Source of the DNA: Phallusia mammillata
Taxonomy: Eukaryota
Assembly: GCA_965637545.1 (NCBI GenBank)
Contig: OZ281500.1
Coordinates: 8,060,001-8,124,000 of the forward strand
Direction: 5' to 3'
Length of the DNA stretch: 64,000 bases
Position numbers and translations under genes: made by a program. Positions 13,521 to 27,689 of this stretch are shown piece after piece (the stretch's first letter is position 1; each line of letters starts with the position of its first letter). The notes under the pieces are model-generated. The model had not been told where the DNA came from, ran no database searches, and worked only from the letters and a program-made list of their open reading frames with translations.

Positions 13521-16500
13521 CTTAGCTGGCTCAGCTAATGGGATTTTTCTGTGCCACTATCCTCGACTAACTGCCACTGCGAGATTTGCGAGCCGCGGAA
13601 AGAAAGTGGCTATCTGGAGGCAAAATCATCGATCGTCGCGTCGCAGGCCACCGCGGTGGAAGAAGAATCGTGTAGGCAAGGGTTTGATTGTTTAAAACGA
13701 ACGCTGCGGTGTTCGCGGAGAGATAGAGTTGCATGGGTGGAGTGATTTGTGCGCGGTACATAATTCAATAATTGTGGGAATATCGTCTGACGAAAATGCG
13801 CCACTGCTATTAACCTTTCCTACGTCATTGCCACGCTTTCAGTACGTCATAGCAACCCGTACGAGTAATTTGGTTACCACCACCTCATAACACAAGATTA
13901 TTACCCTAAAAACAAATGTCATAAACTGCCCTGTCTCCGCCGCTCTGAGCAAACTGTAATCTTTGTTTCGAGATCAGGAAGCCACTATTGTTTGAGAGAT
14001 GACATTTAGTCTACTGATTGACATTTGTCGGCGCGTCGAATTTACGCTGACGACTACGGCCCACGAAACCACAACTATAACAAAGCAAACGTTACTTCAC
14101 AGAAATATAAATTATACGGACAAGATTAGCAGATACGTGACATTTCATCCCCCTCCCTCCCACTATGTCTTCCATTTATCGGGCATTTGACGAGACAAAT
14201 AATTTACATTCTTTCTAATTATTTTCGTCTAACTTCTATAGACAACATATTGACTATTGTTCTCTTTCTACACAACGACGTTATAGTTTCAGACAGATTT
14301 AATTATTGCATTTCTAAATCGGACAGCCTCTCTCTCCGGTTATTTAGCTACAATGTTTATTAACTAATACAGTTTCATTAAAACTTATCAATATTGCCTG
14401 GTCTCTAGCGCAATGCGACAATGTGAGGCGGAAGCCATAGATAGCTTCAAATCGATTGATTCCAGTCTATTTTTGGATTTCCTAGCTGTGTTTTGTTTGA
14501 AGCAACGCTCACGAATCTGCATCACGACCAATTGCGCTTTCCGCGCTATTACGTCACCGCACGTCAAACACTGGGTGAGAAAATCTGAGCCAAAGAGGAA
14601 CGTATGATTTAACTATAGTAATATCAGTTATCCTTCTAAACTCACTCGAGAAGTTTTTCAAATAAAACATTGCAGTTCCATTCAAACTGACTTAGAACGA
14701 ATCTTATCACAAAAGGAAAACAGACAAAGTTTTTGCGGAAACCATGAAAAAACTCATTATCTACAACTATACAAGCTGCTTTTAATATCTCTACCAGCAG
14801 TCTGTGAGTGGTGCATCCCTGTCAAACGCACGAAGTGGTATCATACGGCTGAGCCGAAAGGAAATCAGCCTAAGGTTTCGTATCGGATATCTGCACGCAG
14901 AACTTTAGGAAAAGTGGCCAGCATACTGCGAGGCTGAAGAAGGCTCCATAATCCGAGACCGACACGTAAACAAGCTCTAGCCGCACACCGCACCACATAC
15001 TTTCATGTGCCGTGAGTAACACGCTCGGTAAACAGACAAGTGCCCGAATTGTTTCTGAATCAAGACCACCTACGGGACGTCTGTCGCGTATGGCGGGCGT
15101 TGGCTCCACCGAGTCGTTTATTCGGTCAGAAAATCGAGATTTTATGAAGTACCTGGTCTGAATATGCCCACACATACAATAGATCAGACTCAACGTCTAC
15201 CGCACAAGTTTCAAACAAACCTACCGCTACGCTTTATGTGGTATAAACAATGTTAAATTTGGTCACTTGTTCCCGCATATACATATCTCCCAATGTTATC
15301 AACTACTCGTTTGTGTTAGCAAGTCAAGCTATTCTCCTGGGTCATATAGACGGGCTGGTCTGGCTCCCTGGCTCGCAACTCTGCGGTCGTCTAAAAGTGT
15401 ATTCGGCCAGATAACATATACGTCACGCGACAGCATATGACGTCACAAGTTTAACATGGCGTAACGTAATAAATGAGTCAGCAGTGTTGGACATTTGAAT
15501 GATGTACGCTCGCGTCAATTTGTCATTGGATTAACTTGTAATTCTCATCTATATTGCGACCTTTGGTTTTCTAACCAAAAAATTCTTTCAGGAAGAAATG
15601 TTCCTTTTCCTTTTACCTGTGTGCACAAGACATCATTTCTAACTTGTTTTCGTGGTGGGCTGCTGCTAAGAGAGTTTCCTTTCGACATGTTTGCCTAACA
15701 GCGCGTTTTGGACCCGCACCGCACTGACCTACGTCAATAGTGTTTTGTCAGGCATGCCACTAACGTCACTTCATCGATTTTTCAACCTCGAAATGGCAAC
15801 ATTTAATGTTTTCCGGCATTGGCATTCGATGGTCCAGTTCTCATCAAAGGATATACATCATGAAATCAACGCGGGTGCACTTGGAGGATCGAACAATGTT
15901 AAACCGTGTACCTTGAGCGTTTTCTATGTTTTGCAGTAGTAAGCTGACAGTGCAAAACAGACAGATTAACAGGGTATCACGGAAAACAATTGCAAACAGG
16001 TTTGAAACATCAAAGGCTTCCGCGAAGTGACAGTCAGGCACAATTTGACGATAAACCAACAAGAAACATCAAACGACAGACACTTTAGGCGCCAGGAATT
16101 ACTCCCGAATACCGCATACTAGTATTGTTTTGTGAAACATGGTGATACACAAATAGGCGTTGTTGTTGTCAAAGATCCAATCCCCAACAGTTGCCATATC
16201 GGCGACGCAAGATTACAGAACAGAGTCTCTCGGGAGAACAAGCTTAAAAGCCAATGTACGAGCAACCGGCAATCTGTCTATTTGTGTTTGACATAATTAA
16301 CTTGCACTCTGGGCGTTAATTTTAAATTACATTTCGATACTGCGCTTGATGTCAAAACTGGGAGCATTTAACGAAGAGATAACATTCTAAGGATCATCGA
16401 CATTAATGCTCCACACAAAATTGAGCAGAAACTGGGAGCAAAGTGAGCGTAACATCGCTAGTGTTTAAGTGCGATAATTAACAAAGTAGAGTGCATGGAC

Positions 16501-19500
16501 GGCATTCCAAGCGTCGGTGACCTTATTCTACGGTTCGGTTGTAATCCATTTATCACTCTCCTATTCCGATCTTTGGCGATAAGACCCACAATCGGACCTG
16601 GAAGGGCATTAGTTACATTGCAGGGCTGAAGTTGTCGTCTAGACGCCGCATCCGTCAGTTCGCGGTCAAAGGTTAAAACGGAAGGCACAACGATGCCCCA
16701 TTTAGAGCAGGCGAGTAAATGAAACCGTCGGCACCGGCGCCGTGATCGACTGTAGCTGTTTCGATGGAAGTCGCCGCAAGATATACGAGCCAGCATGCCG
16801 CACTCCCCACTGACTGAATAAAAACTACCGGTCTGTTTAGATATAAACAACAACAGAATAGCTGGAGTTCCTGTGTACATAGCTGGTAATCTGAAGCTGG
16901 TAATATCGTAAATTGATAACACTCTTCATTTTAGCCTGTATTATCAATGTTTCCTGCAACTAAACATTACAAGTCTAAATGCAAATAATGAAGAAAAGAA
17001 ACTAAAAAAAGAATAACTAAAAGAAACTGCTTCAAATTTCACCATTTGATACCACAACACTTAATCATGACAGCTCCATATATAACTTAACACATCCTGT
17101 TACAAATTACACACTGAAAAACAAGCAAACACCAACAGAGCGATGAAACGATGCGCATTATTAGTCTCACTTCATGACATCCTCTCCGTCACTTCTAAAC
17201 TGATTGGCATGGTCACGAATTGGAGGGTGATCGGCGCACGCGCGCGTAATGGCATTGTAACCAGTCATTGTAAACCGCCAGAAGGCCTGAATCTAAACCG
17301 ACGAACGCGTTCCTTCGACTTGCACACATATAGGAAGCCCGCCCACCACTATGCTCAGTCTTTTGTCGCTTCTTCACAACGCAGCCTACTCGACTAACTA
17401 AACGATTCACCAACACATGTTCTCACACTCTGTCCAGGTCCTTGTAAAAAGCGAAAGTTTTCACTACACTATGTGTCGCGTCGTTGAAAATCACGATTTC
17501 CTCTCAAGCAATGACAAACTATTTTGATATCACGTGCTTCGGTGACTCACCGACTGACCATCCCTTACAAGGTTACAGCAGACTATTGGCGTTGCCACGT
17601 GAATGATGGTACAACTATTAGTAATAAACTGTGGGCAAAAGTAACGCAGGCTGCTAACAATACATTCCATGTGATCAGCTTCGTTGCCCTGATATTTGAA
17701 TACTAGTTGCAAGAAGATGCTTTTTCAATACTGTCATGTCACGATCGAGCGCGCGATGGGGCTGAAAGCAGAAGTTGCATATATGCTTGTCAGCTACCGC
17801 TGTCATAAATGTCAAATAACAGATTTAATACGCACTGACCATTGCATAATACACGTATAAACTAGTCAAGTAAGCAAAATAGGTTAAAACAAAGCTATCG
17901 GGAATATCCATTACACTTTTGTGCAGGGAAGGACAGGATTAGCCCATAGGCTAATATTAAGCACTTTGAGGTTATTGTCAAATAATACCCAGTACTTTTC
18001 CAAGAAAGGGAAGAACAATGTGCCTTGGCGGATTCTCCAATCCACATTGATTAATGGGCACATCCTTTTAGTACGCAACCACAGAGGGGCACGACAATAT
18101 GCGATCTCCATAAATAAACTCATCTTTATTGTTGAATGTGGGAATGCATGGTAAACGTGATGTAAAGCAAAATCATTAACTTTCATATTGGGCGAAACCC
18201 TGTGGTCGTATTGTCCAATGCGAGAACCAAAGGTTGTGTTCTGCGTTGATGTTGAACGGGGTCAAATTTGTATTAATTATGTTTCGTTTGCCCACTAATT
18301 ACGCGCAGCGACGCTTACTCCCCTCCTGGCACAACTTAATGAATTTTGTCAAAGCAACTAAAGCCGCAGTCTTATGATTAATATATATATCTACGTTAAA
18401 AGCAGGCAATTTGATATACTGGTCTGGACTTGCTGTCTGAAGCAAACATCAAGTTTACCAACACAATTGAGTTGTCAAGTTTGAAGGAGGGCAAAATGCG
18501 CCCTGACGTGAAAGGCCAAATTGCTTTTTTGTCAGGTAATGTCTGGCGATCGACTTTGTCAACAGAAACATTGGACAAGGAGTTGCTTTACAGAACCTAC
18601 ATGACGTCTTCGTCAGCCGGCGTCGAGTTTCAAGGCACACACACTTACGTCAATTTCCCATTGTCAACAAATTGGCGTCTTGGCGCAGTGTTTAAAACAT
18701 CATCCACTAGCTTCGCTGATGCCACCCTTGCAGGTCAACGCAGTTCAGTCAGTCCCTAACTGTTGTCGCGCTTTGAGTCGTTAGTGTGTTCAAAAAGATG
18801 ATTCAACAACCAAAGGCAGTTACCTAAAATATAATGAAACCGCTACACAAGTCTGAACAACAGACATCTTTCGTCACCTGTCAAACGAGCAGGCATTTTT
18901 CTTCGGCCCCAGACTTCAAGCGAACGTTTGCTTCTCACGAACTTGACATAACTCTCACCAAAAACAACGTGACTGCTGCTATAAGCAAATCATAGCACTT
19001 CATATCAAGGCAAAAACTTCAAAGACCCAGTGGCTTATAATACCGATTCGTCATCGTGTCATGGTCAAATTCAGTCTGTCCATCATCGCAACACGGTAAT
19101 GTGTCTGGTCGTAAGGCGCCATTATTACGGATTATTATCGATTCAATGGCTTTCCGTTCGCATTTTAACAAGTGTAGATTATTTTCTGTGTCCAACGCTG
19201 TGTACTATGTGACCTCTGATGGTTTATTATTGATTATCTAATTACAACAATTTCAAATCTTATGTAAACTGTACAAATGTCCAGACAAGAGCAATAACAT
19301 TTTAAGCCAACACGTTTAGGATACACTGACCAATGATTAGTACCTAATTGTTTTTAAACTGTTAATCACTATCTTGAATAAGCCTAACAAGCATAACGAA
19401 CTTTTACGCTAACTGAACATTACTAAATATCTCCAGCTCAACTGTTCTCAAACTGTTCCATTGTTCAGCACACACAGTTGTGCCAACAAAGGCCCGCTTA

Positions 19501-22500
19501 AATCTACTGTCACCAGCATATCAAGCTTTTTACTTCAAGCAGCCGCATAAATCTTGCCCTGGAAACATTTCGCGCCGCTCTGTACACAGGCCCTTCATCG
19601 ACACAAGCGAGAAGTAAAGTGTCTACTGAGTAATCGCCGCGCACTGGCCTGTCGTACATTGGAAGTCAGTCGTGCGTGCTGACACTGCGCGCAACAAATT
19701 ACCGCGCGGTTTCGCATCGGGCGCGCGGCAAATATGATTGTTTTCTTAATGCTGGAGCTGTAATTTTATTAAGATGGGCGGCTCGTCACATAGCGACGCC
19801 GCCGCAGTGCCCCCGCTGTTAGTATGCGCGCAAGAGAAAGGAATGTACGCAAAACGAGCACCGACGCGCTCCTAAGTTGTAAGTGTAACGCGCTGGGTTG
19901 CCGTAGAACGGCGTTAAAGTTTTTTATGGATGCCGTTACTATTAAAATTGTCCGAGCGGACGCGCGTGCTTGTCGTAGAAAGTGACGCGGTTCGAGTTTC
20001 AAGCACAGCTCTGACGAGTCAGTTTGGGCCGAGTGTGTCACTTGATAGACACGCCATATTGCCTACCTGACTCGCAAGAAAGCATCGCAAATATTGACTC
20101 ACTTGCGCCAGTATCGTTGGCCACATGTGTGGCGAGGTTTCCGTTCGCGTGAAAGCAGCTGTAAACCACGAGATGCCATACCCTGCTTGTGCCTGATTTT
20201 AAGGGAGCTGCGACAAAAACATTATCATTTCCACCCGAGGTAAACGCTCCAGCCCAGGGGCGAGATTTACGAAAGGCGTTTTTGGTCGGATGTGAGTCTG
20301 TTTACAGCTTTCACAGAAGCAGCTCGCGGTCGCGTTTCAAAGTAAATGAATCATGACTATTGTCGTTTAGCGATTTGTTAGGTCGACCTGACGATGTTTT
20401 TCACAGCCATAAACGGCCTCCGACATAACTGAGTGCCAAAAAATGAAACACCTCGCAAACCCTGTGGAATGGTCACAAAACAATTATCAAGGTTGAGGCC
20501 CGGAATGTCCCACGAAGAGAGAAGGCGCAACTAAACATTACATCTGAAATATTTGATGGAGCGCGAGTGGGTTGTATAACGTCATCGGGGAGCTTTCTAG
20601 TGTCGTCGATCGACTGTGGGGCGCGATCCTGGAGGAACATCTAAGGCACGACCGACAAACAGAGTGAACTGAGGAAAGGTGGGCGCAATCCGCCCAAAAC
20701 AAACTTTTCGCGAGACAGTGCAGGTGCGTGTTAACGGAGAAAGCTTGTCCTTCTGGGCACGTGTCAAGCAACTTATTGTCATTTGGCTGGAACCCTAAGT
20801 CAGATATAACAGACTACCTGATCGTAAAGACACATCGATAAAAGACACTTCGTTTACCTTTCCCTGATTACGCTAACCGTGTTGTAAACTAATTGCAGGA
20901 AAAATGTCCTTCTGTGTCACATGTTTACAGAACCTTCTTTATTATGGTGTGTGAACTTTAACAGAGACAAACACCGAATCAGTGACAAATTTACGCCCGC
21001 GCCTAGTTAACCATTCTACAAATTCACCACTAGTCGCGAAAGATGCGTGCATCGGAAAATAACAATTGTACTCGTATTCACAAGAAACCGCCGAACGACA
21101 ACTTCCGGAAATGATAAAGTAGAGTAAGGCAAGGGCGCTGTCGTTGACGCAGGCGCGGCGCGATTAGGGAAAGACGTATCCATCCCAAACACAATGGAAA
21201 GCCTACTTTCAACTTGGAAGGTGACCTTTTTCGGGTTTGCCCAATACAAGTACCCACATTATTTTCCTGTCAGCGAGGATTTTGCCGTTTTTACAATGCT
21301 TACTGACATACTGAAGGGTAATAGTTCACCGGATTGATCCCGGGAAAATGGGCGGAAGAGATTCGGGATTTCTGCCGGTTGTGGCAGGATAATTCTCCCC
21401 CTCGGGTGCCGTGGATACGTCATCGGCAAGGTAAACTATGATAGAGAGATTCGAGACGAGTCGCGGGTAACCAAAAACAAGGGGCGTGACGTCAAACCAG
21501 ATATTAAACAAAAATAAGCAGTTCGGGAGACGCAACAAAGATGAAACGAAAAGGTGCGGTTTATGTTCATTTGACATGCCTAATTGTGGTTTCACATCCC
21601 ACTCTTCAAGCAAAAATTTTACAACTACTAAAGAAACTTCTTATGGATCAAATAACGATTTGGACTAACGAAGTTTTGAGACTATTAATTTTATCAGCAC
21701 AATAACTCTTAATTGTCAAATGCTTTTAAAAACAGGTTCAATCCTTCCAGCAGTTATTATTGTAAATTGCTCACAATGTAGCCTTAAAATTTATTTACAC
21801 TATTTATTTACAAATTTACAACATTTTGTTTCCCAATGGGAAACTCGTCACTGCATATTCCTTTTTAACGCTGATACAAATGTGTTCCACTGTAGCTCAC
21901 ACACTGCCTGGCGAATTCCTGCAAATTACAACACAGCATAATCGATGTTGACTTCTAAACTGCGCAATACTGTTACTGTTCTGATGCAAGTACAAGCCAT
22001 GCCCTGCATCGATTGATTGGCATGACGGGAAGCGTTGTAAATTGATGCCAATTCCCGAGTTGAAAAAAGGAGAGATGACTGTTACATCGCCTATAAACTA
22101 ATGCGAACCCTAAAGATTTATGACGATCTGGTATTCTCAGCGGTTTCAAAGCCACGCATTTTACAGCCGCATAATTCACACTAGAATCAAACCTTAAATC
22201 GCGGTCGACATAAAGTTTTAATTAAGAACTCGTGCTTCTTGTGTGCTCTGTCACCTGGTGACAAGACCCGGTCTCTGATGGCAAGAAACGAGTTAATTAA
22301 GATGATACCAACCACCTGTTACCCCTAAAATTGTCTGTTATTCGACTAAGACCTTGTATCGCGGCACAGGCGCATCTTCGAAAGAAGACGAGTTTATTTG
22401 CAAATCGTCCCTTTTGTGCTTAGGTGCAGATAAGTTTGTTACCACAGTAAATCCAACCTTGGGCCTTTCATCGTAGAAGCACAAAGGCGCAGTCACACAG

Positions 22501-25500
22501 CGCGTTTTCAGATTTCGCCGCAGCCCTCACACGTTAAGCAATTACTGAACACCTTACGGATGCGGAAAGTACATTTGTGGATTAGTCGAGCGCGTTATTA
22601 TTCATCCTATTACACATGCTCTTTGTATTCGGGAAAACAAAAAGTAACGAAAGCAGAGCGCATGGGGGTAAGGGTGCTCGGCACAGACACTAAACCGCCC
22701 TCGAACGTTGTTAAAAGGCCCTCGAAAACAGAACCAGCATTGTGCAGCTATCTGGTTTCAGGCGCGGTGATAACCAGGCACCGTACAACTGGCGAAGAGG
22801 TCGTGATACAACTTTCCTCGGCTGGCGAGCGCGTAATCGAGTGTTTGGAAGGGACTCGCGACGTATTAGGTCAATTTTATCCAATAATGCGTAACTGCCG
22901 GATGACAGTTAAATCGAAGGTTCGAGCACACGCGGACAATGGTGTCAAACCTAAACAGCCTGACGACAACTTTAAGTGGAAACTCGGCAGGACCTTACGT
23001 GGTCATTCAGCAATATTAGGTCGCCTTGAAACACTTTCGACGTGGCAGCGCAGGAAACACGGCAGCAAATACACACTGTTTGAGGTTTCCGCAACTCGGC
23101 CCACTGGAAATGGCGCGAATCGCTTGCCATCTCATGACATTTGCCCGTACGCAAACAACATCAGCCGCGCGGTTGGGGCGAAAATAAATTTCCTGCGTTC
23201 CTCTTTATCGGGGGCAGGTGCCGGAGATAAAAACCGAAGCCCTTTCGTCTGACGTACCGCGTCATGCCTGAATGAACAGCCACCCACACGGCATGAACGT
23301 TTGACCCGTAGCTCAACAACATTGTTTCGCGCAGATCGTGCACTCGAGATGTCAGTTACACAAATCATGAGGGCACACAATATGGGTTGTCGCTCCCTCT
23401 AACTCACTGAAAGTAATCCACCTCACCGACAAAATCTTTTAATATTGTCTCATCCTGTGCTAACATGCAAGATCACGTGTTCAATTGTCGGTGAAGGTCA
23501 CCTGTACCAAAATCGCGTTTCTTGCTATTGGACTCGTTTATCTGTTGTACAACAAATATTTTAATTGCAGTATTTACCTTTTGTGGCTGACAAATGCCAC
23601 GAGAGCTCTAATACCAGCCTTCTGTCTTGCCTGTCCGCATTTTTGGACTCCACTGCAATGATGAACGTAATCAAATGCGTGAGTGCGGTTGCAAGTGATT
23701 GCTGCAAGCAATACGCAGTTATTTGAGACAGGGCGATGATGCCAACACATCACAGTGATGAAGCGCGCGGTTTCCTGCAATCTCGAACACGATCCATCTC
23801 CACCAGGCAACTGACACAAAGTCCCTGACGTCAGAGACGGACAATTTGAGCGCCTGGCGGTGAAAAAAACTTGGCGGGTGCAACGATTGTTTACGTTTAA
23901 CACAACAGTGGTGGGTTTGTATGCGCGTATCCCTTGCGATACTGCATTGCAAGTGAAAGCGCAGCGCGAGCACCCGTGCATGGGTATAGCTCGTCATTTC
24001 CACGCCGCCAATTGAACGACAGTAAGCAGACACAACAAACGCCGGCCTGCAGTGCGGATGAAGTTACTGACAGCGGTGCTTAGTTATGATATTTAACAAT
24101 AAAGTTTTTTGTCGGTTGAATACCGACTCCCCTGCCCGCTTTGTCTGCGATTGCTTGCTACTGCTATTCTCACCGCAAGAGTAGTTTCCTGTTTGGTTGC
24201 AAACAGGCAAATTGCGGCCAAGCGTTTGCTTGCAATTGTATTTAACAAGTGCTGCGGTTGCCATTTCTTTACTGCTGAAAAGATTATTATATTGTCATAC
24301 AATAAGCTGCAAATCAATCTAAAATATGGGCCCCGAAACAGTTTTTTTCTGTCAATTGTTCCAACATGTAAAGTCCTTGAACAATACGCAAGCTTAATCG
24401 AATTTTTGTCACCGCAGCATAATCAAGGAAATAACCTTAAAACACTATTGTTCATCGTTAATAACAATCTGTTTTAGCAACCAATCAAGCCCAATTAATC
24501 TTTCAACTTAGTACTGCGGGCAGCCATTGACTAAAGTCAACTGTTCCTCACTAAAACGTCGATCATCTCTGATTTGCCAAATGCACAGATAGGAAGCGCC
24601 TGAACAGGATAAAGCAATCACACAAATTCTAAGAAAGGTAGCGATGTCCCTATGCACACTACCAAAAGATTCGACAACACCAGAAGCGCACGCACACGCA
24701 CCCAGAAAGTCGAGCATTGGAAAACGTAGGATATAAATCATTCATGTAGGATATTTACGTCAATGCGGCAATACAGGGAACGATATCAACGACAACTACA
24801 TGATTTTTGTGTGAGTGAATTCCTATTATTTGTTGAAATGACGTTTAACGGTCACGCTACCAAATAAAACAGTCTTTTTTAGTTTTTTTTTAAATTTGTT
24901 TGTAAGAAGAGTTTATACATAAGGTTTTTATACAATGGCTGTAAAGGGTTTTGATAACAAAAAAACGGATGCGTTCCTCATTACAAAGAACACACCTTAG
25001 CAATTCTGTCAAACTGATTTAAACTTTAACCGTCGTTATTATAACAATTCTACGCATAGAATCATAATACAATTGCATGAAATTTCATGATCATAATACG
25101 AGCTTACCAGCCAAATGTTTTCACATAATAAACACAGGGAAGATATATGACAAACCGATATAATCACGACTTAATAAAGCAACAGACATTCACACACACA
25201 CCAATAGTTTACCATGTTATATCCAATGCCCACCTACTCTCAAACACAATAGCGTTGTGTCAAATTAGGTGTAACATTAAGTAACAGCGCGCGTCGCTCC
25301 TTTCAACAAAAGTTTTTCCGATTTAAACAATCTGACTTGTCATTCGCTTTGTTACGCGTGGTCCCGCTCATTACCAGTCTTCCCCATGCTAAGACTGGCT
25401 GCTAGTAGGAGAAAATCACACCCGGTAACCCTACACTTTGGATTGATTCTTCTTTTGTATGTCCTGCTTATCGTTTTGTCCCAGACTTGTGTTGTCTCCA

Positions 25501-27689
25501 AACACCGCTAAGCTCCTATCATCGCTTATAAGGTAATTTGTTTCCATCAGTTTGTCGTTAAATACAACGCTTTATATTTACTTAGGACGCGCAAGGCCTC
25601 TGTCAGGCATATGAGCTTTGCCCTTGGTTTTAGCTGCAACAATATTGTGTGCAGTGCAATTCGCTTCAAGTTGTGGCCCCTTGGGAACGTTCAGCCAAGG
25701 GGAGTTTCTTGCTAACACATCGATTGATGTTTGTCTTGCAAGGCCAAGTGTAAACACAATCTTCAATCGGGTCTGATTCTGTGTACGTTTTTTGTTTTTT
25801 AAGACACTTTGTTCATCGTTTAACATGGTTTCCTCGTCGCCTGGCAGCATTAAAAATCTCATCCACCACAACGTTTATGAATGATTGCGGACATCGTTTG
25901 AGTCTAATCGCAGCGGAACCACTATGATCTAGTCCACATGTTCGCAAGTACTTTGGTGCACCATGTAATTACACTGCGTGTGCAAACCGCTACTGCCGGG
26001 TTAATACCACTTAAAGTACAGGGAAGTGCTAATCTGCAAACATTGCGTACGTTTTACAATGAAATGTTGGATTTACAACTTTCAGCTACCCTACATTATT
26101 GTTGCAACTCATTGCAATATCTTCTTATGAGTGGTGATGCTGAAGTTGTTTTGTGAAGGGCGATAAATGACAAAACCATCGTTTGTGACTTCGCCCTTGT
26201 CTTGGTTTTGTACTCATGTTGACGAACGGCGATAAGATGTAAAACGTCACTAGGGCAATGCTCGTCTTGCCAAAAGCTTTCTCGGTGATCGCACGTACAC
26301 GTACCCCACAATAGCGATTATTGTCGTAGCAACCATCAGACCCGAAACCGCTTGAAGTTTCACCGGTCCAAGGTAACTGGCCTATTGTGTACAGAAGCGT
26401 CTTGTTGTTTCAAACACCCTTCTGTTAGACCAGCGGGCTGATACAGGTAAGAAACATCTGTTTGGCCCCGGCAAATACTTCACTTTCTCCATTGAGTATA
26501 AATGATTTGCAAATCAACTTGATGCGACCTTGCACTTTGGCTTCAGTTAATTGCATTTTTTTGCAACTTGCAAGAAAACAAAGAAAAAAATTAACAATAA
26601 GAAAGTCATTAATTACATTTTGACGTGCAACGCTAAAATATTATGTGCCAAGGAGCACGCGCGTCGTCGGCAGGGGAGTACCAATCCATAAGAATGTTTA
26701 ATGATTAATTTAGTGATCCACGCCGGCTTCGTGTGTCGACAAATACTGATAATTCTGCTTCCATCATTTCGCTCTGGATTGAGTTACGTGACGACAGGGC
26801 TCGAAAATCGGGACTGTTAAACAAACAAGTCGTGTCACCACAGGGTCGAATAAACGGGCGAAGCGCTGTTGGCTGTCGCTTCCATGTTTGGGAGTCAAGT
26901 CACTCTTTTCCCTACTCTAAACCATCTCTTTCTTTCTCTTCCATCGAACACTTTACCACTGTCTCAACGAAACGGAGCAAAAGCAATGCCTTTCGCTGCG
27001 AGTGAAAGCTACAGACCGGTTTGTTTCATCGCCTGATTTGCATTTGGCACAAAAATTAGCATATCTAACGACGGTTTCAGCTTGCTTGCTTTGGTGTGGT
27101 TCACTGGAACGGTTGTTCAACCTGCGCACTACATGTTAGTCAGGCAATTCGGGTCAAATCAAAAGGCGCGTCCCAACAAATTAAATACAAACCGTTTCAG
27201 GGGTGCTAATTTCATCAGATTCATGCGCTGTAGATGTGGCTAAACGAATCAATTTGACAGCCAGGAGAGCGACGCCCACGCACGCTGTCAAACAATTATA
27301 AAGTTTTGTGTCCTAGTGTAAAAGTTTGATGTCGTTGTAATAAGTCTTCCGTTTGCATGTGTTTCTTCAGTTTTCTTCGGTCTAACCCAATGACTTTTAC
27401 CAATCTTGAGAATTATGATGTGCTTTTATTTAAAGTTGTTTGATGAATGTTTCGTTTATATGTAGGCTAGTGTGATCAATGAACTGAAGTTAGACAATTA
27501 CACTTTATTAACGGACATAATATGTTTGAAGAGAAGACGCAGGAATGACGGCCTAGAAATCACTGCTACCACCACTGCGATCAGATTTCGTTTTAAAATT
27601 TCACATGTAAAGATATTGACAGCGCATCATAGAAACTGCACTATGGGTCCATTTCAATTCTGAGCGGAACAAAATTAGTAACTTACATT

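Noticed and set aside
14934-14975. Hammerhead-like string CTGAAGA-AGGCTC...GAGACC-GACACGT
   Set aside because: It has GACA instead of GAAA and no helix I complement; probably chance.
16458-16922. 154-aa ORF and the many 60-130 aa ORFs across 1-27 kb
   Set aside because: They show no homology, splice support or coding-like composition, and are expected by chance in GC-richer DNA.
20669-20705. CTGAGGA followed by a GGGCG/CGCCC hairpin and AAAAC
   Set aside because: G12 of GAAA is missing and helices I and III cannot be formed.
26360-26455. Plus-strand donors (CAAG|GTAACT, ACAG|GTAAGA) suggesting a ZMIZ antisense lncRNA
   Set aside because: Isolated donor motifs without a matched acceptor or promoter are not sufficient evidence.
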